Shown: piece by piece, positions 27,238 through 38,983 of the stretch | Numbering within the stretch: the first letter of the stretch is position 1 | Layout: every line of letters begins with the position of its first letter | Origin: Alphaproteobacteria bacterium | GTDB taxonomy: Bacteria; Pseudomonadota; Alphaproteobacteria; GCA-2731375 | Direction: 5' to 3' | Assembly (NCBI GenBank): GCA_965232515.1 | Contig: CBDDPY010000002.1 | Coordinates: forward strand, 5,088,001-5,152,000 | Length of the DNA stretch: 64,000 nt | Position numbers and translations under genes: made by a program | Notes under the pieces: model-generated | What the model saw: only the letters and a program-made list of their open reading frames with translations | The model's database searches: none | What the model was told of the DNA's origin: nothing

Positions 27238-28205
27238 TCAGGAACCGGTTGCCAGAGCGCGGCCCGAACCTCGCCGAGCTCGCGTTTCAGCTTGGTCCAG
27301 GATTGGCCGCCGTCCTGGCTGCGGAACAGTTGGCCGAGGTTGCTGGCGACAAAGACCAGATCCGGATCGGATGGATGCGTTGCGATGCACCACGGCGTGC
27401 TGTTGAGCTCCCCCGGCAGCCCCGCATCGCGCCAGCTTGTCCCGGCGTTCTCGCTGCGCAGCAGTCGTCCGGTCGAGCCCGGCGGGCCGTTGCCGTTGGT
27501 CAGCCACAGCCGCTCGGGGTCGTCGGGCCGCTGTTGGATGGTGCGGGTGTATTGCCAGGGTGAATCCAATTCCTGGAAGCGCCAATGCGCGCCGTCGTCG
27601 TCGCTGACGTGCAGGCCCATGTTGGTGGTGGCGAAGATCCGCCGGTCGGCGCCGCCATGCACGTAAAGCCCATGGATGTCCTCCGACAGCAGGCCCTCGT
27701 TGCGCCGCGCCCAGGTTTCGCCGCCGTCGCGGCTGAGATGCACGCCGTCGATCTCGACGCCGGCCCAGATGGTGTCGCCGTCGTCCGGATCGAACAGGAC
27801 CTGGGTCACCCGGGGCGTGTGCACGAACTGGCATGTTTCGGCGAAGTTTTGCGGCAGGCGGCGCCAGTCGCGGCCGCCGTTGTCGGAGCGGTAGAGCCCG
27901 GCGGGCTGCGTGCCGGCGATGACGATGTCGGGGTCGTCGGCGGCCTGCGCCAGCGCCCAGACGTTCATCGTGTCCATCGGCGAAGGCAGGCGCCGCCAGC
28001 TCTCGGTCGCCGATGTCCAGCGATAGACGCCGGAATCGGTGCCGGCCAGAACCTCGCCCGGCCGTTGCGGATGACCGCTCAACGCCCAGCAGCGCGCCTC
28101 CAGATAGAGTCCCGACTCGCTGTAGGGCCGCGACCAGGTCTCGCCCAGATCGCCGCTCATCCAGACCGACATCCCGGCCGTGCCGACGAAGAGCTGGACC
28201 GGCAT
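27234..28205 (-). CDS. BNR/Asp-box repeat beta-propeller protein
   Basis: Repeated SxDxGxxW motifs (SGDLGETW, SDNGGRDW, SRDGGETW, SDDDGAHW, SQDGGQSW); ATG at 28205. Confidence 0.8.
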   Translation of the reverse strand: MPVQLFVGTAGMSVWMSGDLGETWSRPYSESGLYLEARCWALSGHPQRPGEVLAGTDSGVYRWTSATESWRRLPSPMDTMNVWALAQAADDPDIVIAGTQPAGLYRSDNGGRDWRRLPQNFAETCQFVHTPRVTQVLFDPDDGDTIWAGVEIDGVHLSRDGGETWARRNEGLLSEDIHGLYVHGGADRRIFATTNMGLHVSDDDGAHWRFQELDSPWQYTRTIQQRPDDPERLWLTNGNGPPGSTGRLLRSENAGTSWRDAGLPGELNSTPWCIATHPSDPDLVFVASNLGQLFRSQDGGQSWTKLKRELGEVRAALWQPVPD

Positions 28206-28236
28206 TTCTGAAGACCTCCCGATTATCACCTGCGGG

Positions 28237-28503
28237 CTATTGCTTGTCCGAGGCGCCGCCCGCGGTCTTCAGCGCCACGTTGTCGCCGGTGATCACGAAT
28301 GTCACCTCACCGTTGGAGGCCTCGTAGGTCCATGTTTCCAGTGGCCCGACTTTCGTGACCTTGGTCGGGTCGCCCAGTGCGTCTACCAGTTCGCTCTTGG
28401 TCGAGACGTTTTCGGCCTTCGCCAATATGTCCTGCTGCGACGGCTCGCCACAGGCGGCGAGCGGCAGCGCCAGTAGCGCCGCAATGGCGATGATCCGTTT
28501 CAC
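28237..28503 (-). CDS. Small lipoprotein (SmpA/BamE-like fold plausible)
   Basis: Lipobox LAAC after signal peptide; ELVDALGDP...ETWTY. Confidence 0.7.
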   Translation of the reverse strand: MKRIIAIAALLALPLAACGEPSQQDILAKAENVSTKSELVDALGDPTKVTKVGPLETWTYEASNGEVTFVITGDNVALKTAGGASDKQ

Positions 28504-28793
28504 GAACTCTCCCCCGTCGATCGGTTGATGCCCAGGGCGAGTAGATTATCACGTCGCCGTTGCCGCGTCGTAGCGCGTCGCGTGATAGTTTGTTTCGGAA
28601 CTCGTCGGTGTTGTGATCGAAAGCGGCGATTTGCCGCAATGCAACCGCTGCCGGCTTGCATGCCGTTCGGCCCTATGCTAACTAGCCCAGGCGTCGGGGG
28701 GCAATGCCGATGTGGGCATATTGCTCTTCGTTTTTCCTTTAGATTTCAATGTCTTACGCCTATCCGCAAAGCCGCTGCCAGGACTGATCCCAC

Positions 28794-29354
28794 GTGTCTG
28801 CCGAAGTAAGCGTCGTATCCGATATCGCCGGCCGCTATGCCAACGCGCTGTTCGATTTGGCGTTGGAGAGCGGTTCTCTCGACAACGTCGCCGGCGATCT
28901 CGCCGCGATCGCCCGCATGATCGACGAGTCGGCCGACCTGGCCCGGCTGGTGCGCAGCCCGGTGATCAGCCGCGAAGATCAGGGCAAGGCAATGACCGCG
29001 CTGCTGACGCAGGCCGACGCCCAGGAGTTGACGCGCAAGTTCGTCGGCCTGGTCGCGCAGAATCGCCGCCTGTTCGCGCTGCGCGACATGACCGTCGCCT
29101 TCAGCCGGCTGTTGGCCCGGCATCGCGGTGAGATCATGGCCCGCATTACCTCGGCGCACGCGCTGAACGAGACCCAGGTCGCGGCGATCAAGGCCGAGCT
29201 TTCGGCGGCGATGAAGACCGACGTGACCCTCGAAACAAACGTCGACAACGATATCCTGGGCGGCCTGATCGTCCAGGTCGGCTCGCGCATGGTCGACTCG
29301 TCCCTGCGCACGAAGCTGCAAAACCTTAAATTCGCGATGAAAGGGGTTGGTTGA
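28794..29354 (+). CDS. atpH: ATP synthase F1 delta
   Basis: [27 protein letters not shown]. Confidence 0.97.
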   Translation: MSAEVSVVSDIAGRYANALFDLALESGSLDNVAGDLAAIARMIDESADLARLVRSPVISREDQGKAMTALLTQADAQELTRKFVGLVAQNRRLFALRDMTVAFSRLLARHRGEIMARITSAHALNETQVAAIKAELSAAMKTDVTLETNVDNDILGGLIVQVGSRMVDSSLRTKLQNLKFAMKGVG

Positions 29355-30883
29355 TGGACCTCCGCGCCGCAGAAATTTCCGCCATTCTGAAAAACCAGAT
29401 CGCCGGTTTCGGCGACGAAGCCGAGGTTTCGGAGGTCGGCCAGGTCCTGTCCGTCGGTGACGGCATCGCCCGCGTCTACGGGCTGGACAACGTGCAGGCC
29501 GGCGAGATGGTCGAGTTTCCGGGCTCGATCAAGGGCATGGCGCTCAACCTGGAAACCGACAATGTCGGCGTGGTGATTTTCGGCGACGACCGCGAGATCA
29601 AGGAAGGCGACACCGTCAAGCGGACCGGCGACATCGTCGACGTGCCGGTCGGCAAGGGTCTGCTGGGCCGGGTCGTCGACGGCCTCGGCAACCCGATCGA
29701 CGGCAAGGGCCCGATCGAGGCGACCGAGCGCAGCATGGTCGAGGTCAAGGCGCCCGGCATCATTCCGCGCAAGTCCGTGCACGAGCCGGTGCAGACCGGC
29801 CTGAAGGCGCTGGACGCCCTGGTCCCGATCGGCCGCGGTCAGCGCGAGCTGGTCATCGGCGACCGCCAGACCGGCAAGACCGCCGTCATCATGGACACGA
29901 TCATCAACCAGAAGCAGGCGCATCAGGGCGACGACGAAGCGAAGAAGCTCTACTGCATCTATGTCGCGGTCGGACAGAAGCGCTCGTCGGTGGCGCAGCT
30001 TGTGAAGTCGCTGCAGGACAACGGCGCGCTGGAATACTCGATCGTCGTGGCCGCCACGGCCTCCGACCCGGCGCCGCTGCAGTTCCTGGCGCCCTATACC
30101 GGCTGCGCCATGGGCGAATACTTCCGCGACAACGGCATGCACGCGGTGATTTTCTACGACGATCTGTCGAAGCAGGCCATCGCCTACCGGCAGATGTCGC
30201 TGTTGCTGCGCCGGCCGCCGGGGCGCGAGGCGTTTCCGGGTGACGTCTTCTACCTGCACTCGCGGCTGCTCGAGCGCGCGGCGAAGATGAATGACGACCA
30301 CGGCGCCGGTTCGCTGACCGCGCTGCCGGTGATCGAAACCCAGGCCAGTGACGTGTCGGCCTATATCCCGACCAACGTGATCTCGATCACCGACGGCCAG
30401 ATCTTCCTTGAGACCGAGCTGTTCTACCGCGGCATTCGTCCGGCCATTAACGTCGGCCTGTCGGTCAGCCGGGTCGGCTCGGCCGCGCAGGTCAAGGCCA
30501 TGAAGCAGGTCGCCGGCACCATCAAGCTGGAGCTGGCGCAGTATCGCGAGATGGAGGCGTTCGCGCAGTTCGGCTCCGATCTCGACGCCTCGACCCAGCG
30601 TCTGTTGAACCGCGGCGCCCGCCTGACCGAACTGCTGAAGCAGAACCAGTACCAGCCCATGGCCGTCGAGGAGCAGGTGGTTTCGATCTTTGCCGGCGTG
30701 CGCGGCTATCTGGACAACCTCGCGGTTGGCGATGTCGGCCGCTTCGAATCCGAGTTCATGAGCGAAATGCACAACGCGCATGCCGATATCATGGAAACCA
30801 TCCGCACCGAGCAGGTTTTGAGCGAAGAGACGGAAGGTAAGCTGACGGGCGTGCTTGACGATTTCGTCAAGAAGTTTGCCTGA
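29354..30883 (+). CDS. atpA: ATP synthase F1 alpha
   Basis: [32 protein letters not shown]. Confidence 0.99.
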   Translation: MDLRAAEISAILKNQIAGFGDEAEVSEVGQVLSVGDGIARVYGLDNVQAGEMVEFPGSIKGMALNLETDNVGVVIFGDDREIKEGDTVKRTGDIVDVPVGKGLLGRVVDGLGNPIDGKGPIEATERSMVEVKAPGIIPRKSVHEPVQTGLKALDALVPIGRGQRELVIGDRQTGKTAVIMDTIINQKQAHQGDDEAKKLYCIYVAVGQKRSSVAQLVKSLQDNGALEYSIVVAATASDPAPLQFLAPYTGCAMGEYFRDNGMHAVIFYDDLSKQAIAYRQMSLLLRRPPGREAFPGDVFYLHSRLLERAAKMNDDHGAGSLTALPVIETQASDVSAYIPTNVISITDGQIFLETELFYRGIRPAINVGLSVSRVGSAAQVKAMKQVAGTIKLELAQYREMEAFAQFGSDLDASTQRLLNRGARLTELLKQNQYQPMAVEEQVVSIFAGVRGYLDNLAVGDVGRFESEFMSEMHNAHADIMETIRTEQVLSEETEGKLTGVLDDFVKKFA

Positions 30884-30923
30884 TCGGTGCGTCGGTCGAC
30901 GGGATTGAGGACGTAGAAGCCGC

Positions 30924-31829
30924 ATGCCGAGCCTTAAAGACCTTCGGATCCGGATCAACAGCGTCAAGTCGACGCAGAAGATCACGCGGGCCATGCAGAT
31001 GGTCGCGGCCGCCAAGCTGCGCCGGGCGCAGGAAGCCGCGGAACAGTCGCGACCCTATGCCGAGCGCATGGCGCGGATGATGACGTCGGTCGCCGCGAAC
31101 CTGCCGAACCTGGACATGGCGTCGCCGCTGATGGTTGGCAACGGCAAGGATGACGTGCATCTGCTGGTGCTGTTCACGGCCGAACGCGGTCTTTGCGGCG
31201 CCTTCAACTCTGCGACGGCGCGCGCCGTCCGACGGCGCATCGTCGAATTGCGCGAGGCCGGCAAGACCGTGAAGGTGCTGTGTGTCGGCAAGAAGGGCTA
31301 CGACAGTCTGCGTGGCGACTATGCCGATCTGATCGTCGACTACATCAGCTTCCGCGAGGTGCGGAATATCGGCTTCGCCCAGGCCGCCACCGTGGCGGAG
31401 AAGCTGACCGAGATGTTCGAAGCCGGCGATTTCGACGTCTGTCAGATCTACTACAACGCCTTCGTCTCCGTCATCAGCCAGAAGGTCACGCCGCTGCAGC
31501 TTATTCCGCTGGGCCTGCCGGAAGCGGACGACGAGAACGAAGGCGAGGACGACAGCGCGCCCGACCTGCAGGGCGCGGTCTACGAATTCGAGCCGGAAGA
31601 GGACGAACTTCTGATCGATCTGGTGCCGCGCAACATGGCGATCCAGATCTTCAAGGCGCTGCAGGAAAGCGCAGCGGCCGAACAGGCGGCCCGGATGACC
31701 GCGATGGACAACGCCACGCGCAATGCCGGTGAAATGATCGAACAGCTGACGCTGAACTACAACCGCACGCGCCAGGCGGCGATCACCAAGGAACTCATCG
31801 AAATCGTATCCGGCGCCGAAGCGCTGTAA
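30924..31829 (+). CDS. atpG: ATP synthase F1 gamma
   Basis: [38 protein letters not shown]. Confidence 0.99.
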   Translation: MPSLKDLRIRINSVKSTQKITRAMQMVAAAKLRRAQEAAEQSRPYAERMARMMTSVAANLPNLDMASPLMVGNGKDDVHLLVLFTAERGLCGAFNSATARAVRRRIVELREAGKTVKVLCVGKKGYDSLRGDYADLIVDYISFREVRNIGFAQAATVAEKLTEMFEAGDFDVCQIYYNAFVSVISQKVTPLQLIPLGLPEADDENEGEDDSAPDLQGAVYEFEPEEDELLIDLVPRNMAIQIFKALQESAAAEQAARMTAMDNATRNAGEMIEQLTLNYNRTRQAAITKELIEIVSGAEAL

Positions 31830-31836
31830 GAACTAG

Positions 31837-31858
31837 GAAAGGCCGTCATCGGCCTTTC
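31837..31858 (+). other. Intercistronic hairpin between atpG and atpD
   Basis: GAAAGGCCG-tcat-CGGCCTTTC, perfect 9-bp stem. Confidence 0.45.
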
Positions 31859-31874
31859 GACGTACGGGAGCTGA

Positions 31875-33302
<1,428 letters not shown>

Positions 33303-33329
33303 CGGCGCGGATCGGAGCAGGATTAGGTC

Positions 33330-33731
33330 ATGGCCGACAAATTTCCGTTCGAGCTGGTCTCGCCGGAACGCCTGTTGCTCTCGGTCGATGCCGAGATGGT
33401 GACGGTGCCGGGATCGGAAGGCGATTTCGGCGTGCTCGCCGGCCATGCGCCGCTGATCTCGTCGCTGCGGCCGGGCGTCATCGAGATCGACGGCGTCGAT
33501 GAGGCCGATCGCCGGATCTATGTCGGCGGCGGCTTCGCCGAGATTGTCGGCGGCCGCCTGACCGTGCTGGCCGAGGAAGCCGTGCCGGTCAGCCAGCTCG
33601 ACCGCGCCGCGCTCGAGCAGCGCATTCGCAACGCCGAGGAAGACCTCGAAGACGCGAAAGACGATGCAGCCCGGGCCAAGGTGCAGGCCCAGCTCGATCA
33701 CCTGCGCGGCATGCTGGGCGCGGTGAACTAG
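33330..33731 (+). CDS. atpC: ATP synthase F1 epsilon
   Basis: FELVSPER, PGSEGDFGVLAGHAPL. Confidence 0.97.
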   Translation: MADKFPFELVSPERLLLSVDAEMVTVPGSEGDFGVLAGHAPLISSLRPGVIEIDGVDEADRRIYVGGGFAEIVGGRLTVLAEEAVPVSQLDRAALEQRIRNAEEDLEDAKDDAARAKVQAQLDHLRGMLGAVN

Positions 33732-33767
33732 GTCCGTACCGGCTTCGGTCGCAGCAACCAGAACCGG

Positions 33768-34778
33768 TCATGCTGGCGAAGGCCAGGAGGTGGATTCACA
33801 TTCGAAGTGCAACAGGTGTTCGATGAAGACCTCGGCTGGGGTTCTGTAGTCAAGGCATTTCCGCGGCGTGGTGTTGTAGGCGCGCAGGTATTGGTGCAGG
33901 CGCCGGCGGTTGAGCTCGTCGAGGTTTGTCTTTCGGGGGATGAAGCGTCGGAAGCGGCCGATGGCGTTTTCGATGCCGCCCTTCTGCCAGGGGGCATGGG
34001 GGTCGCAGAAGTAGGTTTGCATGTCGATGTGCTGGAGTTCGGTGTGGCGGGCGAATTCGGTGCCGTTGTCGAAGGTGACGGTCTGGCGCAGGTCGGGCGG
34101 CAGGTCGGCGAACAGGGCGTGCAGGTGGTCTGCGATGGGCTGTGCGGCCTTACCCGGTGGCCGGGTGGCGAGGAGGATGCGGGAGAGACGTTCATGGCAG
34201 ACGAGGATGGCCTGGCCGTAGGTCGCGAACAGCATGAGGTCGGCTTCCCAGTGTCCCGGGGTTGTGCGGTCGTCGACGTCGGCCGGGCGATCGGCGATGG
34301 GCACGCGGCCGGCGATGAAGCTGGCCGGGCTGCCGCCCCTGCGGCCGCGCCAGCCGCGTTTGCTTTTGCCGCGCGGCAGCAGCAGGCGCCAGCGGAAGTC
34401 CTGGGTGCGGGCGAGCTGGGCATAGACGAAGCGGTAGATGCTTTCATGCGAGATGACGTGTTGGCCGGCGGTGTGGGCGAGCCGGCCGGCGACCTGTTCC
34501 GGCGACCAGCCGCGTTTGAGGCCGTCGAGGACGCGGTCGCGCAAGCTCGGATCGCGTTGCAGGCGGGGCCCGGACCAGCGCCGGGCGCGGGCCTGCTGCT
34601 GGGCATAGGCTGGCTTGTAGCCGACCTGTCGGCCGCTGTTGCGTTTCAGTTCGCGAGAGACTGTTGATGGCGCGCGATCCAGAGCTGCCGCGATTTGCCG
34701 GATCGAGCGGCCGGCGGTTTGAAGGCGGGAAATCTCACACCGCTCTTCCAGTGACAACTGGGCGTAATCGGATCCCAT
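33768..34778 (-). CDS. IS30-family DDE transposase
   Basis: N-terminal HTH (SIRQIAAALDRAPSTVSRELKRN), WSPEQVAGR, GHWEAD, TFDNGTEF, PWQKGGIEN; GGAGG RBS. Confidence 0.95.
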   Translation of the reverse strand: MGSDYAQLSLEERCEISRLQTAGRSIRQIAAALDRAPSTVSRELKRNSGRQVGYKPAYAQQQARARRWSGPRLQRDPSLRDRVLDGLKRGWSPEQVAGRLAHTAGQHVISHESIYRFVYAQLARTQDFRWRLLLPRGKSKRGWRGRRGGSPASFIAGRVPIADRPADVDDRTTPGHWEADLMLFATYGQAILVCHERLSRILLATRPPGKAAQPIADHLHALFADLPPDLRQTVTFDNGTEFARHTELQHIDMQTYFCDPHAPWQKGGIENAIGRFRRFIPRKTNLDELNRRRLHQYLRAYNTTPRKCLDYRTPAEVFIEHLLHFECESTSWPSPA

Positions 34779-34826
34779 CGCAACACCTCCAACACAAGGT
34801 GTTGCACTTCGTTTGTGAACTCAGGG
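33787..34826 (-). mobile_element. IS30-family insertion sequence (ends uncertain by 1-3 bp)
   Basis: Imperfect terminal IRs tggattcacattcgaagtgcaaca (33791-33814) and tgttgcacttcgtttgtgaactca (34800-34823) around a single transposase. Confidence 0.9.
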
Positions 34827-34906
34827 CATCCATCCGACGTCCGGCCGATTCACATTCAAGTCAATTGGATCCTGGCCTTCGCCAGGATGACGGCCGTGGT
34901 GGTGGT

Positions 34907-35704
34907 CTAATCCGCGGCCGTTGGCCGGCCCGGTGCATTCTCCAATTCGCCGATCCATTCCAGGCAGGCTTCGGCGATCTGCTCCCAGCCCGGCTCCAGC
35001 AGCAGCATGTGGCCGAAGCCGTCGAACTCCAGATAGGTCGAGACGTGCTGGTATTTCTCGGCCGTCTTCCGCACCGTGCCGGTCGAAATCACCAGATCTT
35101 CCGACGCGCCCACCACCAGCAGCGGGCAATCGACGTTCACGGCGTTCACGTAGGACGCGCGGCGGACGTCGAACATCCAGAAGATCATTTCGAACAGCGC
35201 GCGGCCGGACTCGGGCCCGCAGCGCTCGAAGATCTGCCGGGCCTCGGCCTCGCCGAACTGTTTCAGCGAGTCCTCGCGGGCGATCTCGTAGACCGGTTCC
35301 AGGGCCTGGGACCAGAACGTCCCGGCGTTGAACAGGTTGAGCGCGACGCCGATCTCGCGGTGTGAGCTGGGCAGCGCGCCCCAGGTCGGCGCCGGCGTCA
35401 GCAGTATGGCGGCCTGGCAGAGGTCGCGCGCGGCCAGGATCTGGGCGATCAGCCCGCCCATCGAGTGGCCGATCAGAACCGGTTTTTCGGGCAGGGCGGC
35501 GATTTGCCCGGCGACGTCGTCGGCATAATCCTGCAAGCCGATTGTGGCGAGCGCCGTCGCCGACTCGTCGGTGCTCCGGTCGCCATGATGCGGCAGATCC
35601 AGCGCCAGTGTCCGCCAGCCGCGGTCCTGGAACCAGGGTTGCCAACGCTCGAAGCACCAGCGTCCGGCGAAGGCGCCATGCAGCATGACAATCGTGTTCG
35701 GCAT
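34907..35704 (-). CDS. Alpha/beta hydrolase
   Basis: VMLHGAFAG, IGHSMGG nucleophile elbow, GFGHM; ATG at 35704. Confidence 0.88.
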   Translation of the reverse strand: MPNTIVMLHGAFAGRWCFERWQPWFQDRGWRTLALDLPHHGDRSTDESATALATIGLQDYADDVAGQIAALPEKPVLIGHSMGGLIAQILAARDLCQAAILLTPAPTWGALPSSHREIGVALNLFNAGTFWSQALEPVYEIAREDSLKQFGEAEARQIFERCGPESGRALFEMIFWMFDVRRASYVNAVNVDCPLLVVGASEDLVISTGTVRKTAEKYQHVSTYLEFDGFGHMLLLEPGWEQIAEACLEWIGELENAPGRPTAAD

Positions 35705-35718
35705 GCGCGCGGACTGGC

Positions 35719-36195
35719 TCAGGCGTCGGCGAGGTGGCGGAACGTGGCGACTACCTGCTCGTAGACGTCGCGCTTGAACGGCACGATCAGGTTCGGCAGG
35801 TCGTCCATGGCCGCCCAACGCCAGGCGTCGAATTCGGGATGTTTGGTATTGATGTCGATATCGCTGTCGCTGCCGGTAAAGCGCATGGCGAACCATTTCT
35901 GGGTCTGGCCGCGATAGCGCCCCTTCCAGACCTTGTCCGCCAGCGATTCCGGCAGATCGTAGGGGATCCAGCCAGGGCTTTCGGCCAGGATTTCGGCCTT
36001 GTCGGTGCCGATCTCCTCCGCCAGCTCGCGCCGCGCCGCTGCGGCCGGTTCCTCGCCGTCATCGATGCCGCCCTGCGGCATCTGCCAGGCTTCGACGCGC
36101 TGATCGATGCGCTGTGCCACGAAGACATGGCCGCGCGGGTTCAGCAGCATGATGCCGACACAGGGTCGGTAGGGGCGTTCGGCGAAAGGACGCAT
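35719..36195 (-). CDS. rppH: RNA pyrophosphohydrolase
   Basis: [21 protein letters not shown]...RELAEEIG (Nudix box), YRGQTQKWF. Confidence 0.95.
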   Translation of the reverse strand: MRPFAERPYRPCVGIMLLNPRGHVFVAQRIDQRVEAWQMPQGGIDDGEEPAAAARRELAEEIGTDKAEILAESPGWIPYDLPESLADKVWKGRYRGQTQKWFAMRFTGSDSDIDINTKHPEFDAWRWAAMDDLPNLIVPFKRDVYEQVVATFRHLADA

Positions 36196-37670
36196 CAACG
36201 CGTGCTCGGCTGGCCGACGACGGCGGAAAGGGGCGCCAGCTGCACGCCCTTGCGTTCCAGCGTGCGCGCCCACTGGGCCACCCGCTCGATCGTCACCGGG
36301 TAGGGGAAGCCGATGCCCACGGCATAGCCTCTGGCCTCGGCTAGACGCTCCAACTCAAGCAGGCGGGCATCGATGGCCGGGCGCGAAGCTTCGTTGTCGA
36401 TGTACCGGTTGTTCAGCGCGTGCGCCATCTGCATTTCGGCGGCGATCTTTCCGGCCACGCTGTTGGCGGCGGAGCGGCTGTCGAGGAACAAGAGGCCACG
36501 TTCGCGCAGCGACTTCAGCACTGGCCGCAAATGCCGTTCCGAGGTCGTGAAGCGCGACCCCATGTAGTTGGTCACGCCGACATAGCCGGAAAACCGGTCC
36601 AGCAGCCAGTCCAGGCGCTGCAGGTTGTCGCGCACCGGCAGGCTGGTCAGCAGCGTATGCGGCCCGGGATCGTTGTCCGGATAGCTCTCCGGCTCCATCG
36701 GCAGCTGCAACAGCACCTCGTGGCCGGCCGCCCGCGCCTGATCGGCCCAGTCCTGCAGGTCGCGGCCATAGGGTGCGAAGGCCAGCGTCACCTCGCCCGG
36801 CAGTTGCTGGATCGCCGCGCTGGTCGACGCCTTGCTCAGGCCCAGACCCCAGAGCACGATAGCGATGCGCGGCGTGCGCGGCCGGGCCTGGAACGGACGG
36901 GAGTTGGCCCGCCAGGCAAGCGTGGCCGGGTCCGGGGCCGTGCTGTCGGCCGCCGGTGTGTCTGTCGCCGCGGGTTCGGCCGGTGTTTCGACCGCTGGCG
37001 GAGTCGGTACGGTCGTACTCTCTGTCGCGGCGGCTGGGGCATCACCGCTATCCGGCGGCTGATCTGTGGCCAGCGCCAGGACGGGACTTTCGGCCGCCGG
37101 GTCCGGTCCGTCATCGGCCGGTGTCGGGATCGTTTGAGGTTCGGTCTCCGGCGTGGGCGCAGGACCGGCGCCGAGGTCTTCGGACGCTTGCGCCGGCGGT
37201 TCGGCCCCGGTCGATGTGTCGACCGCCGTCTCTCTGCCGGTGTCGGGCGTTCCGGCAACGGTCGTGGCGGCGACGGCGGCTGCCTCGTCCGGTGCGGCTG
37301 CGCCGCCGTCGGCAATGGCGTCGTCCGACCGGCCGTCGTTGACGACGTCAGTCTCCGGCGGGGCGGGCTCGGGTGGCGTCGCCTCGGCAGGCGGCGTCGT
37401 TGGCGGCGCCGTCTCGGCTGTCGCTTCCGGCGCCGGCGATGCGGCCGGCGTCTGCTCCGGCGCCTCTTGCGCCAGCTTGAGGGCGATCGAGGGGACGCTT
37501 TCCGGGGCTTCGGCCGCTTCGGGCGGCGGCTCGTAGGTCAGCTGCAGCCAGCCGATAATGGCGCCGAGGCTGGCCATGACCAGGAACACGGCGGCGGCCA
37601 GCGCGTTGGCGCCTCTGCGGGAGGGGCCGGCGCTTCGCCGTGGTGATTTACCCGCCGCTTTCCTGGCCAC
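36195..37670 (-). CDS. Divergent polysaccharide deacetylase (YibQ-like) with N-terminal TM and long acidic Pro/Ala/Thr linker
   Basis: [33 protein letters not shown]; typical ctpA neighbour. Confidence 0.88.
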   Translation of the reverse strand: MARKAAGKSPRRSAGPSRRGANALAAAVFLVMASLGAIIGWLQLTYEPPPEAAEAPESVPSIALKLAQEAPEQTPAASPAPEATAETAPPTTPPAEATPPEPAPPETDVVNDGRSDDAIADGGAAAPDEAAAVAATTVAGTPDTGRETAVDTSTGAEPPAQASEDLGAGPAPTPETEPQTIPTPADDGPDPAAESPVLALATDQPPDSGDAPAAATESTTVPTPPAVETPAEPAATDTPAADSTAPDPATLAWRANSRPFQARPRTPRIAIVLWGLGLSKASTSAAIQQLPGEVTLAFAPYGRDLQDWADQARAAGHEVLLQLPMEPESYPDNDPGPHTLLTSLPVRDNLQRLDWLLDRFSGYVGVTNYMGSRFTTSERHLRPVLKSLRERGLLFLDSRSAANSVAGKIAAEMQMAHALNNRYIDNEASRPAIDARLLELERLAEARGYAVGIGFPYPVTIERVAQWARTLERKGVQLAPLSAVVGQPSTR

Positions 37671-37714
37671 TATGACCTAACCCAATGCCCCCCTCGATGC
37701 ACCGCAGGCCTGCG

Positions 37715-38983
37715 TCAGTTGGACGCCCTGTTGCTGAGCAGGGAAATGCCGCGCAACAGGTCGAGCGCATAGGCAAGCTGGAAGTCCTGCGGCGTGTCTT
37801 CGGCGCCGGGGGCCGCCTGGGCGCCGTCTTCCTTGCCTTCCTCTTCGCCGATCAGGTGGCCGCGCAGATCGGCCTCCGACCGCCGGTCACCGCCTTCGAC
37901 GGTTTCCACGCGGGCCTGTTCGACCTCGATATCGGGCTCGATGCCGGTCGCCTGTATCGAACGGCCGGACGGCGTGTAGTAGCGCGCCGTCGTCAGCCGG
38001 ATCGCGCCATGGCCCTGCAGCGGGATGATGGTCTGGACCGAGCCCTTGCCGAAGGACTTCGTGCCCAGAACGATCGCCCGGCGATGGTCCTGAAGCGCGC
38101 CGGCGACGATTTCCGACGCCGAGGCGGAACCGCCGTTGATCAGCACGATCACCGGCTTGCCCTCGACCAGGTCACCCTTGCGGGCGTTGTAACGCTGCGA
38201 GTCCTCCGGCCGCCGGCCGCGGGTCGAGACGATCTCGCCCTGGTCCAGGAAGGCGTCGGAAATCGCCACGGCCTGGTCCAGCAGGCCGCCCGGGTTGTTT
38301 CGCAGATCCAGAATCAGGCCCTTCATGTTCGGGCCGATCTCGTCGGTAATCCGCTCGACGGCCCGCCGCAGGCCGACGTCGCTCTGCTCGCTGAACGAGG
38401 TGATGCGGACATAGCCGATCTCGCCCTCGACCCGATGGCGCACCGACTGGATCTTGATCACGTCGCGCACGATCGTCACGTCGAACGGCTGCTCCTGGCC
38501 CGGCCGCGTCACGGTCAGGCGGATCTCCGAGCTGACAGGGCCGCGCATCTTCTCGACGGCTTCCGACAGCGACAGACCGAGCACCGGCTCGCCGTCGAGC
38601 TGGGTGACGTAATCGCCGGCTTTCAGGCCGGCGCGGTCGGCCGGCGTGTCGTCGATCGGCGACACCACCTTGACCAGTCCGTTCTCCATCGTCACCTCGA
38701 TGCCGAGACCGCCGAATTCGCCGCGGGTCTGCACCTGCATGTCGCGGTAGCTCTTCGGATTGAGGTAGCTCGAGTGCGGATCCAGCGACCGCAGCATGCC
38801 GTTGATGGCCGCTTCGATCAGCTCCGGATCGTCAACGTCCTCGACATAGTCGGCTCGGATCCGTTCGAAAATGTCACCGAACAGATTCAGTTGCCGATAG
38901 GTTTCCGAACTCGCGCCAAATCCGGTTGAAGGCAAATTCAGGAGGGCGACGGCGAAAACCGCTGCCAACATCGTCTTGCGCAT
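37715..38983 (-). CDS. ctpA: S41 carboxyl-terminal processing protease
   Basis: LDPHSSY, PDZ GLGIEV, DLRNNPGG, SASASEI, SFGKGSVQ. Confidence 0.95.
   Translation of the reverse strand: MRKTMLAAVFAVALLNLPSTGFGASSETYRQLNLFGDIFERIRADYVEDVDDPELIEAAINGMLRSLDPHSSYLNPKSYRDMQVQTRGEFGGLGIEVTMENGLVKVVSPIDDTPADRAGLKAGDYVTQLDGEPVLGLSLSEAVEKMRGPVSSEIRLTVTRPGQEQPFDVTIVRDVIKIQSVRHRVEGEIGYVRITSFSEQSDVGLRRAVERITDEIGPNMKGLILDLRNNPGGLLDQAVAISDAFLDQGEIVSTRGRRPEDSQRYNARKGDLVEGKPVIVLINGGSASASEIVAGALQDHRRAIVLGTKSFGKGSVQTIIPLQGHGAIRLTTARYYTPSGRSIQATGIEPDIEVEQARVETVEGGDRRSEADLRGHLIGEEEGKEDGAQAAPGAEDTPQDFQLAYALDLLRGISLLSNRASN

Larger units (their letters stand above)
33767..34891. repeat. REP pair (REPIN-like) interrupted by IS30; left REP split into 33767-33786 and 34827-34832, right REP 34866-34891
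   Basis: Rejoined left GTCATGCTGGCGAAGGCCAGCATCCA versus reverse-complemented right GTCATCCTGGCGAAGGCCAGGATCCA; they differ only by a compensatory stem pair. Confidence 0.8.
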
